A DNA stretch of 64,000 nt from Vicinamibacterales bacterium (lineage in GTDB: Bacteria > Acidobacteriota > Vicinamibacteria > Vicinamibacterales > UBA8438): contig OY761475.2 of the NCBI GenBank assembly GCA_963664545.2, positions 3,679,608 through 3,743,607 of the forward strand, read 5' to 3'. This document shows positions 57,317-64,000 of the stretch, in pieces (position 1 is the first letter of the stretch; every line of letters starts with the position of its first letter). The notes under the pieces were generated by a model, which had not been told where the DNA came from, made no database searches, and saw only the letters and a list, made by a program, of their open reading frames with translations. The translations under genes were made by a program, and so were the position numbers.

Positions 57317-58057
57317 CTATCGCCGCGTCGCCGTGAACCCGGCCAGCGGCGCCTGCGCCATGAAGTCGTCCCAGAACGAGTCGCCGTGCTCCGACGGCTC
57401 CAGCATGGCGTCCACCCAACGGAAGTCCTCGAACCCGGCGTCGCGCGCCGCCGCCGCGTAGGTGGCCGGCTCCAGATAGTAGTTCTCGAACTCGAACGTC
57501 CGGCCGTCGTGGTTGGTGATGCGGTACAGGACCGGGTCGCCTTCGCGGGGAGGGTGCGGGCACGTTCGCTCGAAGCCGTACTTCGCCAGCGACTCCCCCG
57601 GCCGAGGCGGACGCCGAACGTTGTCGTTGAAGCCGACGAGCCGGCCCCCCGGCCGCAGCGCGCGGTAGCAGGCTCGGCAGAGGGCGTCGAGCTCGTCCCG
57701 GGTCCGGGCGTAGTTGAGCAGGTAGATCGCGGTGACAACGTCGACGGGCTCTTCCGGCGCGAACGCGGCGGCGTCCGACCGGACGTAGCGGCAGCCGAGG
57801 GGGTCCCTGCGCTCTTCCGCCTCCGCGAGGGCGACCATCTCGCCGGAGATGTCCACGCCGGTCACCGCGGCCGCGCCGGCCCGCTTGAACTGGCGCGCAT
57901 AGACGCCCTCGCCGCACGCGAGGTCCGCGACCGTCCGGCCGCGCAGGTCGCCGAGGAGCTCCATCAGGGTGTACCGCTCGATGAAGTGGCGGAACAGCAG
58001 CCACTTCGATTCGCGGTACTCGTCGGCGATGGAGTCGTACACCTGCTCGTCGGTCAT
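57317..58057 (-). CDS. Class I SAM-dependent methyltransferase
   Basis: Start MTDEQVYDSIADEYR (ATG 58057). Motif I is VADLACGEGVYAR. The post-I acidic residue lies in GVDIS. Confidence 0.8.
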   Translation of the reverse strand: MTDEQVYDSIADEYRESKWLLFRHFIERYTLMELLGDLRGRTVADLACGEGVYARQFKRAGAAAVTGVDISGEMVALAEAEERRDPLGCRYVRSDAAAFAPEEPVDVVTAIYLLNYARTRDELDALCRACYRALRPGGRLVGFNDNVRRPPRPGESLAKYGFERTCPHPPREGDPVLYRITNHDGRTFEFENYYLEPATYAAAARDAGFEDFRWVDAMLEPSEHGDSFWDDFMAQAPLAGFTATRR

Positions 58058-58339
58058 GGCGCTGCCTCTGACGTCCCCGCGGCGGCGGTCCGCGCCCCGC
58101 GCCCCGCGGAGCCCCGGTGCCGCGACCCGATTGTACCGCCGTCCCGCGAAGTCGACGGCGGCGGGGAGCGGCCGGGTCGGCCGCCATGTGCGGGTGGGAG
58201 TCGCGCTTATTCCGGCAAGCTCGGGCGAACGGAGCTGCGGGTCGCCGGTGGTTGCCCACGGCGCATGTCCCTGCCCCCCAGCGTACGATACACACCCGTG
58301 ATGTGTATACTGAATCCCGGAGTCTACTGGAGAACGGAC

Positions 58340-58582
58340 ATGGTTCGACGCTTGAACATCTCGCTTCCCGAACATACGGTGGATCTCATCGACCGGGTCG
58401 CCGGCAAGGGGCGGCGCAGCGCGCTCATCGATCGCGCGGTCGTTCGGTACGTTCAGGAGGAGTCCCGCGAGGGAATCAGAGAGCAGCTCGCGGCCGGCGC
58501 GCGGGACAGGGCGGACCGGGACCTGCACCTCGCTGAAGAGTGGCTCCCGGTCGAGGCGCTTCCGGAAGACCCGTCAGCATGA
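58340..58582 (+). CDS. Ribbon-helix-helix (CopG/MazE-like) antitoxin
   Basis: MVRRLNISLPEHTVDLIDRVAGKGRRSALIDRAVVRYV. Its stop overlaps the mazF ATG (ATGA). Confidence 0.75.
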   Translation: MVRRLNISLPEHTVDLIDRVAGKGRRSALIDRAVVRYVQEESREGIREQLAAGARDRADRDLHLAEEWLPVEALPEDPSA

Positions 58583-58950
58583 CGGGGCCGAGGCGTGGGG
58601 AGATTCATCTGGTCGCCTTCGATCCGACGATGGGGGCGGAGATCCACAAGACCCGACCGGCCCTCGTCGTCCAGAACGACATCGCCAACCAGTACAGCCC
58701 CATCACCATCGTGGCCGCCGTGACTTCGAGCGTAGGCGGCCGGCGCTACCTGACGGAGGTTCTCGTCAGGGCGCCGGAGGCGGGTCTCTCGGTCGATTCG
58801 ATCGTCCTCCTGAATCAGATTCGCTCGATCGATCGGCGGCGTCTCGTCAGGCGTCTTGGTACGGTCGCGCCACCGACCATGAGGCGGGTCGAGCGAGCCC
58901 TTCGGTTGAGTCTGGGTCTCGTCGATCTGCGCCCCGCCGGCCGCCGATGA
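58579..58950 (+). CDS. mazF: MazF/PemK-family endoribonuclease toxin
   Basis: Start MTGPRRGEIHLVAFDPTMGAEIHKTRPALVVQNDIANQYSPITIVAAVTS. A later segment is SIVLLNQIRSIDRRRL. Confidence 0.8.
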   Translation: MTGPRRGEIHLVAFDPTMGAEIHKTRPALVVQNDIANQYSPITIVAAVTSSVGGRRYLTEVLVRAPEAGLSVDSIVLLNQIRSIDRRRLVRRLGTVAPPTMRRVERALRLSLGLVDLRPAGRR

Positions 58951-59115
58951 CGAGTCCGTCGCGGTGCCCGCACGCCTACCCGCCGCGCCGGCGACGTGCG
59001 CTCCGAAGTACCGGTTGCCGGGCTCGTTCGCGGCTGATACTGTTGGGCCGTTCGCCGGAGACCGCCGGCGGCGGTCCGCTGGGGCGCGGGCCGTCCTGGC
59101 TGCGGAGGTGGCGCG

Positions 59116-60198
59116 ATGAGATTCGAACGGAACTTCCTGACGGGCGGGCTCGCGGGGTTCGCCGCGGCGTTGCTGGCTTTCTTCCTCTCTACGGCCGCGC
59201 CGGACGGCGGCTCCGCTTCCGCGGCGGCGGCCGGTGCCCCTCAGGCCTACGTGCCGCCCTCCTTCACGCCGGAGTCGCGAGAGCTCGACCAGGCCGACAT
59301 CGAGCGGATGGTGGACGAGCTGTCCAACTGGGGGCGCTGGGGGCCCGACGACCAGCTCGGGGCGGCCAACTTGATCACCCCGGAGAAGCGGCTGGCGGCG
59401 CTGGCCTTGGCCACCGAGGGCATCACCGTGTCGCTCGCGCACCGTCTCATCGAAGATGAGGCCGACGATGTGCCCCTGCCGTTCGGGCGCAGCATGTTGG
59501 GGGTGCCCGGCGAGGAGGCGAAGTCGGCGTTCTTCGGCGGCGTCAGCGACCGCTACGAGATCAGCTACCACGGTTACTCGCACAGCCACATCGACTCGCT
59601 GTGCCACATCCTCCACAAGGGCCGGATGTACAACGGCTTCTCGCAGGACACCATCAGCGAGGCGGGGTGCTCCCATGCGTCGATCGTCAACCTGCAAGGG
59701 GGCATCGTGACGCGCGGCGTGCTCGTCGACGTCCCGCGCCTGAAGGGGGTGCCGTATCTCGAGCCGGGGACGCCGATCTACGTGGAGGACCTCGACGCCT
59801 GGGAGGAGATGGCGGGGGTCACGGTGCAGCCGGGCGACGCGGTCTTCATCCGCACCGGCCGGTGGGCGCGGCGCGCCGAGGTCGGCCCGTGGAACATCTC
59901 GCAGAACGCGGCGGGGCTGCACGCCTCGACCATGCCGTGGTTCAAGTCGCGCGACGTCTCGTTCATGGGCAGCGACGCGGCCCTCGACGTCGTGCCGTCG
60001 CTGGTCGAGGACGTCCGCCTGCCGGTGCACCTGCTGACGATCGTGGCGATGGGGGTCGACCTGTTCGACAACCAGGACCTGGAGGCGCTGGCGGAGACCG
60101 CGGCGTCGCTGAACCGGTGGGAGTTCACGCTCGTCGCGGGGCCGCTGGCGGTGGAGAACGGCACCGGTTCGCCGGTCAACGCGCTGGCGATATTCTGA
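59116..60198 (+). CDS. Cyclase-family protein (kynurenine-formamidase-like fold), N-terminal anchor or signal
   Basis: HGYSHSHIDSLCHI metal-site-like motif. The overall pattern is that of the putative-cyclase family. Hydrophobic N-terminus. Confidence 0.6.
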   Translation: MRFERNFLTGGLAGFAAALLAFFLSTAAPDGGSASAAAAGAPQAYVPPSFTPESRELDQADIERMVDELSNWGRWGPDDQLGAANLITPEKRLAALALATEGITVSLAHRLIEDEADDVPLPFGRSMLGVPGEEAKSAFFGGVSDRYEISYHGYSHSHIDSLCHILHKGRMYNGFSQDTISEAGCSHASIVNLQGGIVTRGVLVDVPRLKGVPYLEPGTPIYVEDLDAWEEMAGVTVQPGDAVFIRTGRWARRAEVGPWNISQNAAGLHASTMPWFKSRDVSFMGSDAALDVVPSLVEDVRLPVHLLTIVAMGVDLFDNQDLEALAETAASLNRWEFTLVAGPLAVENGTGSPVNALAIF

Positions 60199-60223
60199 TT
60201 CGGACGGTTCGAGGAGGACGACG

Positions 60224-61537
60224 ATGAGCGGCACACACCCGAGCCGGCGGCGGTTTCTGAAGAAGGGCGCGGTCGCGGCCGGCCTCGTCGCGGCGCCTCC
60301 CGCCCTGGAGCTGGCCGGCGGGTCGTCCGCGGCGGCGGCGCAGGTGCCGGCGGTCGCCGACAACAACGCCATCGAGAGCGTGCTCTACGGCCGCCGCTCG
60401 CGCTTCGTCACCACGACGCGCGAGATCGAGGGGCGCAGCCACTACACGACGCCGCGCATCCGGCCCAACCCGCAGCGGCCGAGCGCCAAGACCCCGCTGG
60501 CGGAGCTGACCGGCACGATCACGCCCACGTCGCTGCACTTCACCACGCAGCACTACTACGGCATTCCCGACATCAACCCGGCCGAGCACACCCTGATGGT
60601 CGAGGGCATGGTCGACCGGCCCTTGGTGTTCACGATGGACGAGCTGCACCGGCTGCCGTTCGTCTCTCGCGTGCACTTCCTGGAGTGCGTCGGCAACCGG
60701 CCCAACCCGCGCGGCGCGACGGTGACCGCGACGCACGGCCGCATGGGGTGCAGCGAGTGGACCGGGGTGCTGCTGTCGGTCCTGCTCGGCGAGGTCGGCG
60801 TGCGCGACGGCGCGTCGTGGATCATCGCGGAGGCGGCCGACGGCGGGCGGCACACCAAGAGCGTCCCCCTCGCCAAGGCCCTCGACGACGTCCTCGTCGC
60901 CTACGGCCAGAACGGCGAGCCGGTGCGGCCCGACCACGGCTACCCGCTGCGGCTGCTGGTGCCGGGGTTCGAGGGCATCTACAACGTGAAGTGGCTCAGC
61001 CGCATCAAGGTCGTCGACCAGCCGTACCTGTCGTTCCAGGAGCACTCGCGCTTTCTTACCCCCGACCCGAAGACGCAGCGCGACAGCTACGACTTCGGAC
61101 CGAACTCGGTCATCACCCGGCCGTCCGGCGACCAGCGGCTGGAGGCGCACGGCGCCCACGTCATCAGCGGGCTGGCGTGGTCGGGCAGCGGCAAGGTGAG
61201 CCGGGTCGAGGTGTCGACCGACGGCGGCGCCACCTACCGGGAGGCGGAGCTGGTGGGCCCGGTGCTGTCGAAAGCCCACACCCGCTTCTGCCTGCCGTGG
61301 CGCTGGAACGGCGGGGAGGCGGTGCTGCAGTCGCGCTGCCTCGACGAGCGGGGGCAGCTCCAGCCGACGGAGGCCGAGTACGCGCAGTACTGGGGCCTCA
61401 CGCGGGGGCAGCTCTACGGGACGATCCAGAGCCAGCTCGGGCACTGCAACTGGATTCAGCCCTGGAAGGTGGGTTCCGATGGCAAGGTCACGAACGGGCT
61501 GGTGCCCGTCGACGTCGTGGTCGACGTGCACGCGTAA
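60224..61537 (+). CDS. sorA: Sulfite dehydrogenase molybdopterin subunit (SorA-like), Tat-exported
   Basis: Twin-arginine signal SRRRFLKKG. Contains LHFTTQHYYGIPDINPAEHTLMVEGMVDRPLVFTMDELHRLPFVSRVHFLECVGN, with the Mo-ligand Cys. Dimerisation domain follows. Confidence 0.85.
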   Translation: MSGTHPSRRRFLKKGAVAAGLVAAPPALELAGGSSAAAAQVPAVADNNAIESVLYGRRSRFVTTTREIEGRSHYTTPRIRPNPQRPSAKTPLAELTGTITPTSLHFTTQHYYGIPDINPAEHTLMVEGMVDRPLVFTMDELHRLPFVSRVHFLECVGNRPNPRGATVTATHGRMGCSEWTGVLLSVLLGEVGVRDGASWIIAEAADGGRHTKSVPLAKALDDVLVAYGQNGEPVRPDHGYPLRLLVPGFEGIYNVKWLSRIKVVDQPYLSFQEHSRFLTPDPKTQRDSYDFGPNSVITRPSGDQRLEAHGAHVISGLAWSGSGKVSRVEVSTDGGATYREAELVGPVLSKAHTRFCLPWRWNGGEAVLQSRCLDERGQLQPTEAEYAQYWGLTRGQLYGTIQSQLGHCNWIQPWKVGSDGKVTNGLVPVDVVVDVHA

Positions 61538-62129
61538 CCGGACGGACGGGGCGCGCCTGCAGCTCGCGGGCGCGCTCGTCGCGGCCGGTCTGCTCGTTGC
61601 GGTCGGCTTGCTGACCGCGGCGGTGCAGGCTCAGGAGGCGGCGTCGCCCTTCGGCCTCGGACGCCCGCCCACCGCCGCCGAGCGGGCTGACCGCATCGTC
61701 GGCCCCGACGGGGCGGACCTGCCCGAGGGGAGCGGCAACGCGGCCGAGGGCGCGATGGTGTTCGCGCGCCGCGGCTGCTCGACGTGCCACGGCCCGACCG
61801 CCGAGGAGGGCCCTTCCATCCCGCTGGTCGGCGGTGACGTCACCACGCGCACCAACTACTGGCCGATCCGCCACTGGCCGTTCGCCCCGGGCATCTGGGA
61901 CTACATCCGCCGCGTCATGCCCTACGACCGGCCGGGCATCCTCACCGACGACGAGACCTACGCGGTGACCGCGTACCTCCTCTATCGGAATGACATCATC
62001 TCGGAGGAGGCCGTCATGGACGCGGACACCCTGCCGCAGGTCTGGATGCCCCGCCGCGACGACTACGTCATGCCCGGCATCTGGACGCCGGAGACCCGGC
62101 GAGGGTTCCGCATCGAGTCGGAGCGGTAG
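61479..62129 (+). CDS. sorB: Mono-haem cytochrome c (SorB-like)
   Basis: CSTCHG haem motif. Contains a hydrophobic signal segment. The true start is uncertain: ATG 61479 overlaps sorA by 59 nt. Confidence 0.7.
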   Translation: MARSRTGWCPSTSWSTCTRNRTDGARLQLAGALVAAGLLVAVGLLTAAVQAQEAASPFGLGRPPTAAERADRIVGPDGADLPEGSGNAAEGAMVFARRGCSTCHGPTAEEGPSIPLVGGDVTTRTNYWPIRHWPFAPGIWDYIRRVMPYDRPGILTDDETYAVTAYLLYRNDIISEEAVMDADTLPQVWMPRRDDYVMPGIWTPETRRGFRIESER

Positions 62130-63935
62130 TCAGGTCCGCATCACGCCCAGCACCTGCACGGCCGGATCGACGGCCTCTTCGTACTGGAGCGGGGAGGCGG
62201 ACGCGAGGGCGCGTCGGCGACAGGCGATGGCGGCGACGAGACAGGCAAGCAGCGTCCCGCAGGTGACACTCCACCAGAAGGGGCTTCCGAGCAGCCAGAG
62301 CTCGAATCGCGCGGTCCACGAGGCGTACGCGGTCAGCGCGAGGGCGTACACGGGCCACAGCAGCTTCACGTTCGCCTTGCCGGGCACGTAGCTGCACGCG
62401 AACGGCACCTTGTGGAACCGGCACAGCAGCAGCTCGGCGAGCGCGCCGGCCATCAGGACCCAGAACACGGTGTGCGCGAAAGCGGGGACGGGTCCCCACA
62501 ACGCGAGATAGAGCGGCGTCGTCACGAGGGCCACCGGCGCGACGCCGAGCGTCCACAGGGCGGTCCGGGCGCCGGCCAGGTACGCGCCCCGGTCGTCGAT
62601 CTCGGTGATGCGGAAGACCCAGTTCGCGCGGATCTCCGTGGGCACGGCGAACATGAAGCGGAGGGCGGCGAGGACGAAGAACGAGAGGATGAAGGGGATC
62701 GAGAGCAGGCGCGCCGACGGGGCCGAGAGCGGCTCGGCGAGCGCGTCCTCGGCGATGCCGGTGATCGGACTGAGGAACGAGCCGATGACGAACGCGATTC
62801 CGAGGCCGACGTAGGCGGCGATGATGAGCCGATGGCGGCGGCTGCGCATCGTGCTCGCGGCCGCGAACGCCGCGACGGCCCGCGCCACGGGGTGGCGCGC
62901 GAGGGCCGCGGTGGCGAGGCGCGCGGCGGCGCGCGGTAGCGCGGCGGCGCGGCCCGACGTGTCCGGCGGCGTTTCCAGCGTGCGCTTCATCATGCGTCGA
63001 AAGCCGATCCCGTAGGCGACGGCCGCGAGGGAGAGCGTGGCCGCGAACACCGTGACGGCCGTGGCGGCGAGACCGCGGTAGACGTCGGGGTCGAAGCCCC
63101 AGACCACCTCGTAGAGCCCGAGGAACCAGACCGGCGGCAGCCACGCGCCGGCCCCGCTCGCCGTCAGCCCGATGAACCGGTACGGCCCCCCGGCCGCGAT
63201 CAGTTGCTCGTTGGTCACGGCAGAGTCGATGCCGGCGAAGCTGTAGAGCAGGCCCGGCGCGAAGGCGAACCACTCGATCAGCACGATCACGAACAGCAAC
63301 TGCGCCAGCATCGTCAGCCGTTGGTGTAGGCGTCGCGGACACGCGAGCGCGAGTCCCGCCTGGACCGCGACGAGGGCGAGGAACACGAGCAGGCCGGCCG
63401 ACACCGTCGCCGCGAGGTGGGCGGCGGGGTAGCGGACGAACGTCTCGAACGGCAGGTAGCCGCCGGCGAGGAACGAGAAGACGACGGTGGCCGGCAGGTT
63501 GACGACCACCGCGAAGCCGCCGACGAAGGCGACCAGCGCCGCGAGCTTCGAGAAGGCGACGGTGCGTGGGCGGACCGGCAGGCCGCCGAGCACCATCGCG
63601 TCGCGGCGGTCGGGGAACAGCGCGTCCCACACGAGGACCGTCACCAGGCCGACCGCGGCCATCGAGTAGCCGATGAAGTACAGCTTGTGGGGCACCGCCC
63701 GCATCGCCAGTTGCAGGTCGTCCATCCACGAGCCGTAGCTCCAGGCCGACGCGACGGCGTAGAGGGCCGGGGGAACGGTGAGCACCGCCGCCATCACGAT
63801 CGCCGACTGGCGCAGGTCGACGGTCTCCGGCACGAGGTCGCTGTGGAACAGCCGGCGCAGGAACGTGCGGAACAGCACCCGGAACTGCCCCCGCTCCTCG
63901 TCGAGGCCGGCGCGGCGGACGCAGTCGCCCCTCAC
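62130..63935 (-). CDS. Polytopic membrane protein (at least 12 predicted TM helices), unknown function
   Basis: 601 aa and hydrophobic throughout. The GTG start overlaps the TGA of the upstream partial gene (GTGA). Confidence 0.6.
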   Translation of the reverse strand: MRGDCVRRAGLDEERGQFRVLFRTFLRRLFHSDLVPETVDLRQSAIVMAAVLTVPPALYAVASAWSYGSWMDDLQLAMRAVPHKLYFIGYSMAAVGLVTVLVWDALFPDRRDAMVLGGLPVRPRTVAFSKLAALVAFVGGFAVVVNLPATVVFSFLAGGYLPFETFVRYPAAHLAATVSAGLLVFLALVAVQAGLALACPRRLHQRLTMLAQLLFVIVLIEWFAFAPGLLYSFAGIDSAVTNEQLIAAGGPYRFIGLTASGAGAWLPPVWFLGLYEVVWGFDPDVYRGLAATAVTVFAATLSLAAVAYGIGFRRMMKRTLETPPDTSGRAAALPRAAARLATAALARHPVARAVAAFAAASTMRSRRHRLIIAAYVGLGIAFVIGSFLSPITGIAEDALAEPLSAPSARLLSIPFILSFFVLAALRFMFAVPTEIRANWVFRITEIDDRGAYLAGARTALWTLGVAPVALVTTPLYLALWGPVPAFAHTVFWVLMAGALAELLLCRFHKVPFACSYVPGKANVKLLWPVYALALTAYASWTARFELWLLGSPFWWSVTCGTLLACLVAAIACRRRALASASPLQYEEAVDPAVQVLGVMRT

Positions 63936-64000
63936 AGCTTCATCGCCTCCACCAACTCGCCCGCGGCCACCGTCCCGACCACCGGCAACCGCGACAGCCT
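63932..64000 (-). CDS. 3' end of an unidentified gene (partial)
   Basis: Reads ...RLSRLPVVGTVAAGELVEAMKL*. Supported only by the 4-nt stop/start overlap with the next gene. Confidence 0.3.
   Translation of the reverse strand, partial: RLSRLPVVGTVAAGELVEAMKL

Noticed and set aside
63932-64000. LexA/S24-like reading of ...LPVVGTVAAGELVEA... at the right edge.
   Set aside because: Only 22 codons are visible, and the stop follows immediately. In LexA this motif is internal. The evidence is insufficient for any call.

Overview
High-GC (about 70% in sampled lines) bacterial chromosomal window from a diderm. It is possibly Acidobacteriota- or Gemmatimonadota-like, inferred only from the carboxypeptidase-regulatory-type TonB receptor and the many secreted PQQ propellers. 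Many long ORFs in the track are antisense shadows of real genes and were discarded.

Gene content, left to right:
- A 3'-truncated amidase and a DUF1640-like coiled-coil gene.
- A co-directional class III PHA cluster at 9.5-1.9 kb on the minus strand: small ORF, KASIII fusion, phaB, XRE regulator, phasin-like, phaC, phaE, phaJ.
- A block rich in PQQ enzymes: three non-catalytic PQQ-like beta-propellers, one ADH-type quinoprotein with its cytochrome c, and three roughly 670-aa GDH-type paralogs. The block also holds a DUF4159 protein and a TonB-dependent receptor.
- An accessory island at 22.4-31.4 kb: antitoxin-like genes, four near-identical Uma2-like nuclease::DUF4351 genes, intergenic tandem repeats, and a low-GC PD-(D/E)XK gene.
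- A split redoxin ORF that reads as a UxxC selenoprotein candidate.
- A sigma-54 activator whose 3' end is duplicated on both sides of a 3.6-kb mcrBC cassette.
- Glutamate dehydrogenase, vapBC, an ABC-2 exporter, PPTase, PBP4 and tRNA-Leu(UAA).
- A scrambled tandem duplication, mazEF and sorAB.

Most interesting:
- The four-copy nuclease array and its cargo.
- The repeat-bounded mcrBC insertion.
- The in-frame TGA with a SECIS-like hairpin.
- The thiolase-less PHA cluster with an N-terminally extended KASIII.

All domain calls come from reading motifs in the translations. No database search was possible.
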